Shown in pieces: positions 9,516-18,347 of a stretch of DNA of 64,000 nucleotides. Below the pieces are notes generated by a model. It saw nothing but the letters and a program-made list of their open reading frames with translations. It did not search any database and had not been told where the DNA came from. Position 1 is the first letter of the stretch. Each line of letters starts with the position of its first letter. The translations under genes were made by a program, and so were the position numbers. The stretch comes from a virus, in the IMG/VR virus record IMGVR_UViG_3300022752_000026, positions 32,001 to 96,000 of that record. One strand, given 5' to 3'.

Positions 9516-9748
9516 TGAAGACAAAAGATAGAGTTATTTATGTTCTTGCGTTATTTGTAGGTCTTGCTGTAATCCTTGCAATTGTTGGAGATTACTGGAC
9601 TGCATACGAAGAAACAAAAGCAACTGGAGAGTCTGTAGAGGTTTCTTCAGAGGTTATGACTCTAGTTCAAACAGCACTTGGTGGTCTCATCGGAATCATC
9701 GGTGGGTATTTTGGTGCTAAAGGCTCTAAGAAAGATGACGAGGAATAA
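9515..9748 (+). CDS. 2-TM membrane protein (holin candidate)
   Basis: Two hydrophobic helices, GIIGGYFG, charged C-terminus; follows endolysin. Confidence 0.6.
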   Translation: MKTKDRVIYVLALFVGLAVILAIVGDYWTAYEETKATGESVEVSSEVMTLVQTALGGLIGIIGGYFGAKGSKKDDEE

Positions 9749-9753
9749 TAAGA

Positions 9754-10164
9754 ATGTATATCTATCGTGTAAGAAAAGTCCACAAAGTTGTTGATGGTGA
9801 CACTATTGATGTAGACATTGACCTAGGTTTCAACGTCTCTTACTACCAACGTGTTCGTCTTGCTGGAATTGATACTCCAGAGTCTCGCACAACTGATGCT
9901 TACGAGAAAAAACTTGGTCTTGAAGTAAAAGAAAAACTAAAGCACCTTCTTGAGGGCTGCGAAGATATTGTTATCAAGACTCAAAAACCAGACTCAACTG
10001 AAAAGTATGGTCGCATCCTTGGATGGCTTTATCTCAACGGAGCAGAGCAATCTGTAAATGAAGCCCTTGTTGCTGGCGGTTATGCTTGGTCATATATGGG
10101 CGAAACAAAGATTAAAGACTTTGCTGCTCTAGAAGCCAAGCGAAAGGCTTCTGGAACGCTATAG
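9754..10164 (+). CDS. Thermonuclease (SNase-like)
   Basis: VVDGDTID, VRLAGIDTPE, KYGRILG, N..LV..GYA. Confidence 0.92.
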   Translation: MYIYRVRKVHKVVDGDTIDVDIDLGFNVSYYQRVRLAGIDTPESRTTDAYEKKLGLEVKEKLKHLLEGCEDIVIKTQKPDSTEKYGRILGWLYLNGAEQSVNEALVAGGYAWSYMGETKIKDFAALEAKRKASGTL

Positions 10165-10171
10165 TTCTCTA

Positions 10172-10267
10172 ATGAGAGAACTTTTTCTTACACTTATTTT
10201 CCCTATCTACTGCTGGGTAGCGGGGATGGTTGTCATGTATATCTGGATGAAACACGGAAAGAAGTAA
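10172..10267 (+). CDS. 31-aa single-TM peptide
   Basis: MRELFLTLIFPIYCWVAGMVVMYIWMKHGKK; fills gap. Confidence 0.45.
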   Translation: MRELFLTLIFPIYCWVAGMVVMYIWMKHGKK

Positions 10268-10268
10268 A

Positions 10269-10436
10269 GTGGCAATTTATGAATACCAGTGCGAGCACTG
10301 CCAAAAACTTGAAGAAACACAAATTCATTTTGAAGTTGGTCCAGATTGCCCTAATTGTTTTAGAACAATGAAAAGGGTGTGGAGTTCTCCCGCTGTGCAC
10401 TTTAAGGGCAAGGGGTTTTACTCCACTGGAGGATAG
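10269..10436 (+). CDS. FmdB-family zinc-ribbon protein
   Basis: Not in ORF track; MAIYEYQCEHC...CPNC..TMKRVWSSPAVHFKGKGFYSTGG. Confidence 0.85.
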   Translation: MAIYEYQCEHCQKLEETQIHFEVGPDCPNCFRTMKRVWSSPAVHFKGKGFYSTGG

Positions 10437-10610
10437 TTACTTAGTTCCCGCTAATCTTGGGTTAGGAACTTTTTTCATTCTGTAGCGTCCGCGCTTTTCA
10501 TTGAAGACAAGCGTCCAGATAGTTTTCTTATACGCTTTACCGCAGGGGCGATTAGCCCCACTCATTACTTTTGCGGGAGCCGAAGCGCCACCAGATTTTC
10601 CTTTAGCCAT
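10437..10610 (-). CDS. Small basic protein (57 aa)
   Basis: MAKGKSGGASAPAKVMSGANRPCGKAYKK...; TAGAAT 6 nt before ATG. Confidence 0.55.
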   Translation of the reverse strand: MAKGKSGGASAPAKVMSGANRPCGKAYKKTIWTLVFNEKRGRYRMKKVPNPRLAGTK

Positions 10611-10656
10611 AAGAGAATTCTAGAGCATAATGTGTTAATGTATGTGAATAAAACAC

Positions 10657-10730
10657 GCGGACGTTGCATATCGGTAGTGCCTCTGCCTTCCAAGCAGAAG
10701 GGGTGGGTTCAATTCCCATCGTCCGCTCCA
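10657..10730 (+). tRNA. tRNA-Gly (anticodon TCC)
   Basis: Acceptor GCGGACG/CGTCCGC, anticodon loop CTTCCAA, T-arm GGTTCAATTCC, encoded 3' CCA. Confidence 0.95.
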
Positions 10731-10781
10731 ATTTGACGTGTCGCACTAATAAGGTAGGAACTAAACAGTTAAAATTATGTT

Positions 10782-11018
10782 ATGAGTGAGACAGTCTTTG
10801 ATGTAGACACCGACACGTTACTTATAGATGACACGGGTGAACATGACCGTTTTGCTCACTATGTTGAAAAAGAGGCTGCTACTCGTTCCATGGTTTATGG
10901 AGAACCAGTAATCGCCCTCTGCGGAAAAATCTGGGTTCCTTCTCGTGACCCAGAGAAATACCCAATCTGTCCTACATGTAAAGACCTTTTCAAAATGATG
11001 TCAGACGGAGGCAACTAA
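10782..11018 (+). CDS. DUF3039 domain protein (actinobacterial)
   Basis: GEHDRFAHYV...GEPVIALCGKIWVPSRDP..YPICPTCK. Confidence 0.9.
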   Translation: MSETVFDVDTDTLLIDDTGEHDRFAHYVEKEAATRSMVYGEPVIALCGKIWVPSRDPEKYPICPTCKDLFKMMSDGGN

Positions 11019-11019
11019 C

Positions 11020-11247
11020 ATGATAGGAACAGAGGCTCCAGAGACTATGAAAGTTATTGGACCACTTGAGCGCTGTGACAGATGCATCGCTAAGGCTGTC
11101 TTTATGGTTGTTTTCAACAACGGTGATTTGTATTTCTGCGCCCATCATTTCAGAGAACACGAAGATAACTTTATAGAGTCTGCTCTAGATATTTATGATG
11201 AGCACGACGAAGTTCTAGTTAATCCTTCTGCTCTGGACGAGGAGTAG
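11020..11247 (+). CDS. Conserved actinobacterial small Zn-binding protein
   Basis: ERCDRC..KA...GDLYFCAHH motif. Confidence 0.75.
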   Translation: MIGTEAPETMKVIGPLERCDRCIAKAVFMVVFNNGDLYFCAHHFREHEDNFIESALDIYDEHDEVLVNPSALDEE

Positions 11248-11401
11248 ATTTCTTTTTAGGACTCTGCTCGTGGATGTATTCCCTCAACGAATGCATTCTA
11301 AAGTAGGCATCACCGCCACCATCAAGTATGGTCAAAATTTCTTCAATAACTTGCTTGCGTGCTTTAGCACATCCATTACAAGGACACTTCCACCGAGTCA
11401 T
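11219..11401 (-). CDS. Hypothetical protein (CxCxxC)
   Basis: MTRWKCPCNGCAKARKQ; ATGA overlap with upstream gene. Confidence 0.6.
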   Translation of the reverse strand: MTRWKCPCNGCAKARKQVIEEILTILDGGGDAYFRMHSLREYIHEQSPKKKSTPRPEQKD

Positions 11402-11568
11402 ATAGACATCCACCCCTCATATCCAGCATCGGGGTTTGCTTCTTTCCACTCTTTCATTTTTTGATTTTCTTCAGCCCAATTCATTCTATGACTTGGCGCT
11501 CCACAAAAATCACAAGGGTCGCACTTTACTTCTTCATAAACGTGACGACAGATAGGAAAATCCACCAT
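11398..11568 (-). CDS. Small Zn-finger protein (56 aa)
   Basis: Not in ORF track; MVDFPICRHVYEEVKCDPCDFCGAPSH...GYEGWMSI. Confidence 0.55.
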   Translation of the reverse strand: MVDFPICRHVYEEVKCDPCDFCGAPSHRMNWAEENQKMKEWKEANPDAGYEGWMSI

Positions 11569-12466
11569 CTCTTACACCTATTCTTTCACGAGCGATTGTT
11601 GCATAGTCGGGGTTCAGTTCTATACCCACAAAGTTTCTTTCGTGACGTAAAGAAACAACGCCCACTGTCCCAGAGCCAGCAAATGGGTCTAGAACTAAAC
11701 CACCGACACGGCTTCCAGCAAGAACGCATGGTTCCACGAGTTCTTCTGGCATGACAGCAAAATGCGCTCCAGGAAACGGTTTAGTTTTTACAAACCAAAC
11801 ATCCCTTTTGTTTCTTTTGCCATCATAAATCTTATAAACAGGCGGTCTTGCATTTACTCCTGGAATTCCTTGGCGTTCAACAGAACCCTTAGCGCCTTTA
11901 GTTCCAGCAGGAATAACGCCATCTTCTTTTATTGCTTCGCTATCAAAATAGTATTTATTTGATTTACTAAGTAAAAACACATACTCATGTGACTTAGTGC
12001 ATCGGTCTTTTACACTTTCAGGCATTGGATTTGGTTTTGCCCAGATAATGTCCTGTCTGAGATACCAACCATCTGCTCGTAAAGCAAAAGCAAGCATCCA
12101 AGGAATTCCAACTAAATCTTTTGGTTTAGTTCCTTCGGGGACAAGTCCACCAGTTTTATGCTCAAGGTGTCGCTCGTTGTGCTTCTTTCCTAGGTTTCCA
12201 GCAGGTCCTTTTCCAGAACCAGAATAACTATCCCCAATATTGAGCCACAAAGTTCCATCATCTTTGAGAACTCTTTTTACTTCTCTAAAGACTTCAACCA
12301 TCTTGGCTACATACTCGTTTGGGTCTTCTTCTAGACCAATCTGTCCGTCATTGTTGTAATCACGCAAACCCCAATAAGGAGGAGAAGTAACGCAGGTATC
12401 TACTGTTCCGCTTTCAATTTCAGCAATCTTGGCAAGAACATCTCCTACTTTTATTTCATAGCCCAT
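11534..12466 (-). CDS. DNA methyltransferase, beta class (SPPY, likely N4-cytosine)
   Basis: TSPPYWGLRDY catalytic motif N-terminal, VLDPFAGSGT SAM motif C-terminal. Confidence 0.93.
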   Translation of the reverse strand: MGYEIKVGDVLAKIAEIESGTVDTCVTSPPYWGLRDYNNDGQIGLEEDPNEYVAKMVEVFREVKRVLKDDGTLWLNIGDSYSGSGKGPAGNLGKKHNERHLEHKTGGLVPEGTKPKDLVGIPWMLAFALRADGWYLRQDIIWAKPNPMPESVKDRCTKSHEYVFLLSKSNKYYFDSEAIKEDGVIPAGTKGAKGSVERQGIPGVNARPPVYKIYDGKRNKRDVWFVKTKPFPGAHFAVMPEELVEPCVLAGSRVGGLVLDPFAGSGTVGVVSLRHERNFVGIELNPDYATIARERIGVRDGGFSYLSSRL

Positions 12467-13451
12467 TGACAGCAGCCACCCTTCTCTTTGCTATCTCAAC
12501 ATACTCTTCATTTTGGTCAATTCCAATAAAGGAGTAACCATCAATAACTGCCGCTCTACCCGTTGAGCCAGAACCCATAAATGGGTCAAGCACAACTCCA
12601 GCAGAAGGAGTAATCAAGCGTACCAAGTAGCGCATCAATTCTGTGGGTTTGACAGTCGGGTGAGTGTTCTTTTCTTCTCCCATTCCGTCATTTCTTTCTT
12701 TAGTGTTTGCTTTAGCGCAGTAGAAGAATCTTGCGGCGCTACCGTCATCTCCCATTGCCCTGAATCCACCTTCAGTTTCTTGACCAGATGCAAAAGTTGT
12801 TGATACTGCTTTTCCACGCTTGGCTGGATACGCTCCGCCCTTCGCTCTTGGGAACAACTTAGTGACCTCGTCACTCCCGTCGTGAATAAGATTTGCTGGA
12901 TAACGACCTTTGGTATTCATCTCCTGTGTGTATTCAGGATTTTTAAGTTGTCCGAATCCAGACCAATCTTCAAGTTTATTGATAGGAACAGGCTCACCTG
13001 GCACTCGTGATAGTTCTATGTTAAGAGCCCCAACTCCCCACTTCTTCAAGTTGTTCTCAACTGTTCCTTCTAACGGTTTTCTTGCTAACGCAATCGGTTC
13101 ATGGGCAGGTTTCAAAGCAGTTCCAAGTCCATCACCAACACTCAAAGATTTAGGAAACCCCTGTGCGTAGACCCACATAATTTGGTCACGAATTTCAAAA
13201 CCAGCATCTTCAATCGCACAGACCATGCGGTGATAAGTCCGAGACCCACTAAAAACTAAAATATGCCCACCAGGTTTGATAGCGGCGAGCGCTTTTTTCC
13301 ACACATCAACATTGAAAGCAATTCCTGTGGAATCCCACTTCTTACCCATAAACCCAAGTTCGTATGGAGGGTCGGTGACTATTGCATCAATGCTGTTAGG
13401 TTCTAAAGAATCTAGAACATCCAAACAGTCGCCATGGAGAAACCGAATCAC
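12456..13451 (-). CDS. DNA methyltransferase, beta class (DPPY, N6/N4)
   Basis: TDPPY, HPTVKP, VLDPFMGSGSTG. Confidence 0.93.
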   Translation of the reverse strand: MIRFLHGDCLDVLDSLEPNSIDAIVTDPPYELGFMGKKWDSTGIAFNVDVWKKALAAIKPGGHILVFSGSRTYHRMVCAIEDAGFEIRDQIMWVYAQGFPKSLSVGDGLGTALKPAHEPIALARKPLEGTVENNLKKWGVGALNIELSRVPGEPVPINKLEDWSGFGQLKNPEYTQEMNTKGRYPANLIHDGSDEVTKLFPRAKGGAYPAKRGKAVSTTFASGQETEGGFRAMGDDGSAARFFYCAKANTKERNDGMGEEKNTHPTVKPTELMRYLVRLITPSAGVVLDPFMGSGSTGRAAVIDGYSFIGIDQNEEYVEIAKRRVAAVNGL

Positions 13452-13462
13452 CCACAAACCTT

Positions 13463-13527
13463 AACACAAACACACAACTCACTTCCCCGTTTTCCCTCCG
13501 TTTCTTATAACGGAATGAAGGCGCGAA
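13463..13527 (+). repeat. Dispersed intergenic element, copy 1
   Basis: AC-rich tract, C/T tract, TAACGGAATGAAGGCGCGAA at 13508-13527. Confidence 0.85.
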
Positions 13528-13531
13528 GAAA

Positions 13532-13933
13532 TCAATCATCCATCATAGAGATGCCAAGTTTGTCTATCTGTAAAAGAAAACTAAAGTGTTGACCAATCAA
13601 TTCAATACTTACATCATCAATACTCATAAATCTATCTGCTGGTTCAATCTCCCAAAATCGTTCCATCTCTGGTTCGGTATATGTTGGTCTTATGTAGTTG
13701 ACAGAGTGATTAACAAAATATTGGGGGCGAAGGTTAAAGTCTCCACTTATCTCAGGGTTACTGGCTATTTTTACAGTTCCAGCGCAGATGATTGCCCATT
13801 TTTTGGTAGCGCCTCGGATATACATAAACAGGTTTTCACCACCGTCGTCCACCCCTTCAATAGAGTAAGAAACAATTTCTCCATGAAGTTGGTTCCAAAT
13901 TCGGTCCGTGTCTGCTTTATCAGTCTTAATCAT
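13532..13933 (-). CDS. Hypothetical protein
   Basis: 133-aa ORF; TAGTCT 6 nt before ATG. Confidence 0.65.
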   Translation of the reverse strand: MIKTDKADTDRIWNQLHGEIVSYSIEGVDDGGENLFMYIRGATKKWAIICAGTVKIASNPEISGDFNLRPQYFVNHSVNYIRPTYTEPEMERFWEIEPADRFMSIDDVSIELIGQHFSFLLQIDKLGISMMDD

Positions 13934-13960
13934 CTCTGAAGACTACACTAAAATATATAC

Positions 13961-14233
13961 ATGGAAGAGCGAAACGACGAGTATTACAACAAGGAATTCA
14001 TAAAAATGGTCCTTGACTCTGGATACCGTACGGACAAAGAAGATTTTGTCATGGAAGTTCTCACAAGTCTTTATAACTATATGTCTGAAAAAACTAGCCT
14101 TGCTCCAGAACGACTCACAGACTACATTCAAGAAGTAACCAAGATAGTTGGAGCCCAACATGTTCAGACTCTTAGCGTTGACGAGATGGTTGACTGGATA
14201 AACTGGCTCTTAGAGCAGAGAAACGAAAAGTAA
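13961..14233 (+). CDS. Hypothetical protein
   Basis: TAAAAT 6 nt before ATG; divergent from 13933 gene. Confidence 0.65.
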   Translation: MEERNDEYYNKEFIKMVLDSGYRTDKEDFVMEVLTSLYNYMSEKTSLAPERLTDYIQEVTKIVGAQHVQTLSVDEMVDWINWLLEQRNEK

Positions 14234-14283
14234 CACATTTATCTTTTTTAGAGTAATTTGTCAGGGAAGTATGTTAAGACAAG

Positions 14284-14312
14284 TTGCAGTCTTTGCAAAT
14301 CTCTACTAAACT
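14284..14312 (+). promoter_or_regulatory. Sigma70-type promoter
   Basis: TTGCAG-N17-TAAACT upstream of HTH gene. Confidence 0.55.
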
Positions 14313-14350
14313 ATAAGCAAATGACTCAAACACGAAAGGATATTTCAATA

Positions 14351-14911
14351 ATGTCTAGCCCATATACAAAAATTAATCACACTTTGCCAAAAGAGGTTTA
14401 CAAGGCATTTGAAGAGATTGGCGACGACATTGAGAAGCGCAATGCCTACATTGCCGCTCTACGCAATGGTCAGTGGAGTCTTCAGTCAATTGCTGATGCT
14501 GTTGGCTTTACCCGCGAGCGCATTCGTCAAATCTGCGAAGTGACATCTGTTCCAACAAACATTTCATACTCAATTCCAACTCCTCCACTCAAGCCAGTCA
14601 AAGAAAAGCGTGTTCTTCCAGAACCAGACCAGAAGAGCATTGAGCGTCTACTCAAACTTCAGCCAATGGCTCAGCAAGTTCGTTCACACTCAACAAAGTT
14701 CCGTAAGGAAGCAGAGGAATACTCCGCGCTTGTTTACAAGGTTTACAAGGAAGATGGAGTTTCATTGTTCCGTCTTGCTAAGTATCTTGGAGTAACTCAT
14801 GGTGCTCTTCGTTTCCGAATGGCTCGCTATGGATACATCAAGACTAAGAATCCAAAAAGCAGTTGCTACCAACCAATCCTTGAGAAGAATCGCTATGTCC
14901 TCAAATCATAG
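14351..14911 (+). CDS. Tandem HTH DNA-binding protein (sigma region 4-like)
   Basis: WSLQSIADAVGFTRERIRQI and SLFRLAKYLGVTHGALRFR; AAGGA SD. Confidence 0.8.
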   Translation: MSSPYTKINHTLPKEVYKAFEEIGDDIEKRNAYIAALRNGQWSLQSIADAVGFTRERIRQICEVTSVPTNISYSIPTPPLKPVKEKRVLPEPDQKSIERLLKLQPMAQQVRSHSTKFRKEAEEYSALVYKVYKEDGVSLFRLAKYLGVTHGALRFRMARYGYIKTKNPKSSCYQPILEKNRYVLKS

Positions 14912-15062
14912 TTTGGAGCCTAAGTTCGGCTGGGGACACCAGCAAGCACTTGAAGACTATAAAGAAGAACTTGCTAAGAAAGTTGAGTCTTTATATGTTG
15001 ATAGTAGTTGGCGTCCCCAGGAAGTTATCAATGCTGTTGTAAGGATGATTAGGCAGTCATAA
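14895..15062 (+). CDS. Hypothetical protein
   Basis: Short ORF coupled to HTH gene. Confidence 0.45.
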   Translation: MSSNHSLEPKFGWGHQQALEDYKEELAKKVESLYVDSSWRPQEVINAVVRMIRQS

Positions 15063-15087
15063 TAGAAGGACGGGGTAGAATACTCTA

Positions 15088-16299
15088 ATGCGAGATAAAA
15101 CCCCGAATGTAAAAGCCAACGGCTATGGCTCGTTCCGAACCGATATGTTCGGACGTATCAAAATTTCAGAGGGTTTTACAATCTTTGACTCTAGTCATCG
15201 TTACAGTCAAAATGGAGACTTTAGCGATGTAACTGAAGTTGGTGGAACTGTATCCCATGCTACATATGAAAGTACGGCTCTTTTAAGTGTCACTGGTCAA
15301 AGCGGTTCTTATGTTTACAGAGAATCTAAAAAAGTTTTTCCTTATCAGCCAGGAAAAGCACTTCAAGTTCTTCAGACTTTTTGCTTTGCTCCTTCCCACT
15401 CAAATCTTAGACAAAGAGTTGGCTACTATGGAAGACAGAATGGCTTTTATCTAGAGCAAGATGGAACTAATGTTTATTTTGTAAGACGTTCTTATGTTAC
15501 TGGCTCAATTGTAGAAACTAGGGTTGCTCAGGCTGACTGGAATGTTGACCCACTTAATGGTTCTGGTCCTAGCGACTTGCTTCTTGATTTATCTAAAGTT
15601 CAAATTTTATGGTCAGAATATGAATGGTTGGGCGCTGGCTCAGTTCGTTTAGGTTTTGTTATTGACGGATACTTTATTATTTGTCACCAATTTAACCACG
15701 CAAATGTAGAGACAGGTGTTTACATGACAACTGCTTCTCTTCCCGTTTCATACGAAATTTATAATAAGGCTGCAACAGGAATTTCTTCTACAATGAAACA
15801 AATATGTGTGTCTATTACTTCTAATGGAGGATTTTTACGACATACAGAGCGTTGGTCTGTAAAATCAAGTGCTAACGCTACAACAACATGGAAACCTCTT
15901 GTTTCTATAAGACTAGCACCAGGAAAAACAGACTCTGTAATCCTTCCAGCATCTGTTGGAATTATGGTTGGAACTTCGGCAAATACAGAGTGGGCAGTCT
16001 ATAAAAACGCAACAGTAACTAACGGAACTTGGGTCACTCACGATGGAACTCCTAATGTTGAATATGACGCGTCATCTACAGCAATCACAGGGGGAACCAT
16101 AATTCGTCAAGGATATTTTGCTGGGTCAAACCAAGGCTCTGGTTCAGTTGATATTAGTGATGGTTTTGGAACTTTTGATATGCAACTGGGGAGAACTAAT
16201 GCTGATACCCCTGTAAGCGATATTTTGACACTAGCCATAAGAACAGTTTCTGGTTCTGGAACCGTCTATGGCTCGCTATCTTTCTACGATTTGCTTTAG
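15088..16299 (+). CDS. Putative virion structural protein (beta-rich), paralogous to the core of 45256-48525
   Basis: FPYQPGK, NGFYLE, DWNVDPLNG.GPS...LD, YEWLGAGSVRLGF; TAGAAT 6 nt before ATG. Confidence 0.7.
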   Translation: MRDKTPNVKANGYGSFRTDMFGRIKISEGFTIFDSSHRYSQNGDFSDVTEVGGTVSHATYESTALLSVTGQSGSYVYRESKKVFPYQPGKALQVLQTFCFAPSHSNLRQRVGYYGRQNGFYLEQDGTNVYFVRRSYVTGSIVETRVAQADWNVDPLNGSGPSDLLLDLSKVQILWSEYEWLGAGSVRLGFVIDGYFIICHQFNHANVETGVYMTTASLPVSYEIYNKAATGISSTMKQICVSITSNGGFLRHTERWSVKSSANATTTWKPLVSIRLAPGKTDSVILPASVGIMVGTSANTEWAVYKNATVTNGTWVTHDGTPNVEYDASSTAITGGTIIRQGYFAGSNQGSGSVDISDGFGTFDMQLGRTNADTPVSDILTLAIRTVSGSGTVYGSLSFYDLL

Positions 16300-16326
16300 T
16301 TTATTCTAGGTTGTATTATTCAGGAG

Positions 16327-16626
16327 ATGAAGAAAAGAAAAATGAATTGTTCTCGCTGCCAAGTAGTTTTAGAAGAAACTGGTTTTGGTGGCTTTGACAA
16401 CATTCTTCGCGTTCGTTTAGAAGGCGGATACGCCGAATTTGTTGACGATATTGTCTACAGTTCTAGAGATAAAGTCAACTACCCTCTGTATCATGTTCTA
16501 TGTCATCAATGTGGACATGAACTGATGACGTGGCTAAAAGTGCCAGAAGACCAAATAAAACCTTGGCACCCTCTTGACGAGAACGAGCCTCTTTGTAAGG
16601 GTTGGGTTCATCAGAAAACTCTCTAA
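16327..16626 (+). CDS. Zinc-finger protein
   Basis: CSRC...GGYAEFVD...LCHQC. Confidence 0.65.
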   Translation: MKKRKMNCSRCQVVLEETGFGGFDNILRVRLEGGYAEFVDDIVYSSRDKVNYPLYHVLCHQCGHELMTWLKVPEDQIKPWHPLDENEPLCKGWVHQKTL

Positions 16627-16628
16627 AA

Positions 16629-16937
16629 TTAGTTGTCATAACCCATATCCTTGAAATATTTCATTCCCTCTTCTGTGGCACTAAAGTGAGCCGTTAGGTC
16701 TTCATCGTAATCTACTTTTACATAACCGTGCTCAAACAAGTTCATTAGGCCGTCATTTACTCCCTGCATGATTTCGTCATACATCTCTGGCATCAAAGAT
16801 TTCATCAATGGAAAGTTATAGACATAAGTAACTTCACCATCTTCATCAAACCCATCTTCTTCTAAGATACCAATTTCTATCAAATAGTCAACAAAGGCAT
16901 CTTCGTCGTCTGGGTCCATAGGCATGAAATCTTCCAT
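16629..16937 (-). CDS. Acidic hypothetical protein (possible winged helix)
   Basis: LIEIGILE..GFDEDGE..Y; L...G.V..DYDEDL.A.F..TEEG. Confidence 0.7.
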   Translation of the reverse strand: MEDFMPMDPDDEDAFVDYLIEIGILEEDGFDEDGEVTYVYNFPLMKSLMPEMYDEIMQGVNDGLMNLFEHGYVKVDYDEDLTAHFSATEEGMKYFKDMGYDN

Positions 16938-16969
16938 TAACTCAACATACCACTGCTAGACTTATTCGT

Positions 16970-17257
16970 ATGGCTTACGCACGGTTTCTTAAATCAGATA
17001 TTTACGTCATCATGTCTTCAGGTGGGTTTCTTTATTGTGTCACTTGTAGCCTTATAGATGACATGAATGGCGCAGGATATTCTGCGCACAACACTCAAGA
17101 CATGATTGACCACATCAAACAACATGAAAATTCTGGTCACAGAGTTCCAGAAAACATATACGAAGAACTGCTTAAAGATGACGCAGAAAACTTCCCAAAC
17201 CAAAACACACAAAACACACAACCCTCCCCCACTCCTCCTCCTCCGTTAACGGAATGA
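16970..17257 (+). CDS. Hypothetical Zn-binding protein whose C-terminus reads through repeat copy 2
   Basis: MAYARF..SDIYV...CVTC...H...H...GH.VP; tail NQNTQNTQPSPTPPPPLTE is encoded by the repeat. Confidence 0.7.
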   Translation: MAYARFLKSDIYVIMSSGGFLYCVTCSLIDDMNGAGYSAHNTQDMIDHIKQHENSGHRVPENIYEELLKDDAENFPNQNTQNTQPSPTPPPPLTE

Positions 17258-17290
17258 AGGCGCGAAAAAACACACTTTTCATTGTATAAG
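17199..17290 (+). repeat. Dispersed intergenic element, copy 2
   Basis: TAACGGAATGAAGGCGCGAA at 17247-17266; perfect palindrome TCCGTTAACGGA; downstream TTTTCATTGTATA. Confidence 0.85.
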
Positions 17291-17341
17291 TAAATAATAA
17301 GCACAAATCACTTTTTCTTTTTAGCCTTACTCTTATAGTTA

Positions 17342-17824
17342 ATGGCTACTAAGAAAAAGAGTGCGTCAACACGACACACCAAATCAGTATCAAAAGCCAA
17401 GGGAATTGGTAAGGCCATACACCTGCTCGCTTCAGAGGGAAAGTCATATAGACAAATATCAAGCGAGTTAGGTGTCTCTAAAGGAACTATCTCTTATCAC
17501 TTAGGAGATAATCAAAAAGACAAAACGATAGGACGAACAAGACATTATCGTTCTCAGATAGATGCCTACCTACAAAAAGAAAAGGCAGCAGTTAAGAATT
17601 GCCCAGACTGCGGAGAAGAAAAGCAGTGGTTTCAGATGGACTTTGACCACGTCCGCGGAGTCAAGAAATTCAGCCTCTCTCAGTATCACCGCCACACTCA
17701 GAGCCTAAAAGTTGTCCAGGCTGAGGTGGCTAAATGCGACATTGTGTGCGCTTGTTGCCATAGACTACGGACCTATATGAGGGCTTTGGAGGCAAAAATC
17801 GCTCGTGAAAATAAGGTGGACTAA
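17342..17824 (+). CDS. HTH plus HNH-like endonuclease
   Basis: KSYRQISSELGVSKGTISYH; CPDC...MDFDHVRG.K...KCDIVCACCHR. Confidence 0.8.
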   Translation: MATKKKSASTRHTKSVSKAKGIGKAIHLLASEGKSYRQISSELGVSKGTISYHLGDNQKDKTIGRTRHYRSQIDAYLQKEKAAVKNCPDCGEEKQWFQMDFDHVRGVKKFSLSQYHRHTQSLKVVQAEVAKCDIVCACCHRLRTYMRALEAKIARENKVD

Positions 17825-18347
17825 AGAACGAGACCAGCGTTTTTGGGATAAAGTCTGGATAGACGAAGAAGAAGACGACTGTTGGTATTGGATTGCTGCC
17901 ACAACAAGCAGAGGTTATGGAGCATTTGCTTATACTAAAACAAAGATTATTACTGCTCACAAACTTTCATACTCTCTTGCCAAAAACAAAGGAGTTTTAG
18001 TTTCCCCCAAACTACACGTTATGCATATGTGCGACAACAAGATATGCGTAAATCCAAGCCATCTACAACTAGGAACTGCTAAAGAAAACAACAGAGATGC
18101 CATAGAACGTGGACTTGCTACTTCTATAGAGCAGATAGTTGGTCGTCCTAGCCAAAGAAGATACTGTAGTCATGGACACCCAAGAACTAAGAAGAACACC
18201 ATCATCAAGTCCAAGAACGGATACCAATATCCTCTCTGTCATATCTGCTACCTAGCAAACAACAGAGCATATAGAAAACGAGTTGCTAAGGCTAAAAAGT
18301 CTCAATACATGCGTGACTACAGAAAAAGAAAGGCTCAAAATGTCTGA
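17805..18347 (+). CDS. HNH homing endonuclease
   Basis: RFWDKV...CWYW...GYG..., AHKLSY, VMHMCDNKICVNPSHL..GT..EN. Confidence 0.9.
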   Translation: MKIRWTKERDQRFWDKVWIDEEEDDCWYWIAATTSRGYGAFAYTKTKIITAHKLSYSLAKNKGVLVSPKLHVMHMCDNKICVNPSHLQLGTAKENNRDAIERGLATSIEQIVGRPSQRRYCSHGHPRTKKNTIIKSKNGYQYPLCHICYLANNRAYRKRVAKAKKSQYMRDYRKRKAQNV

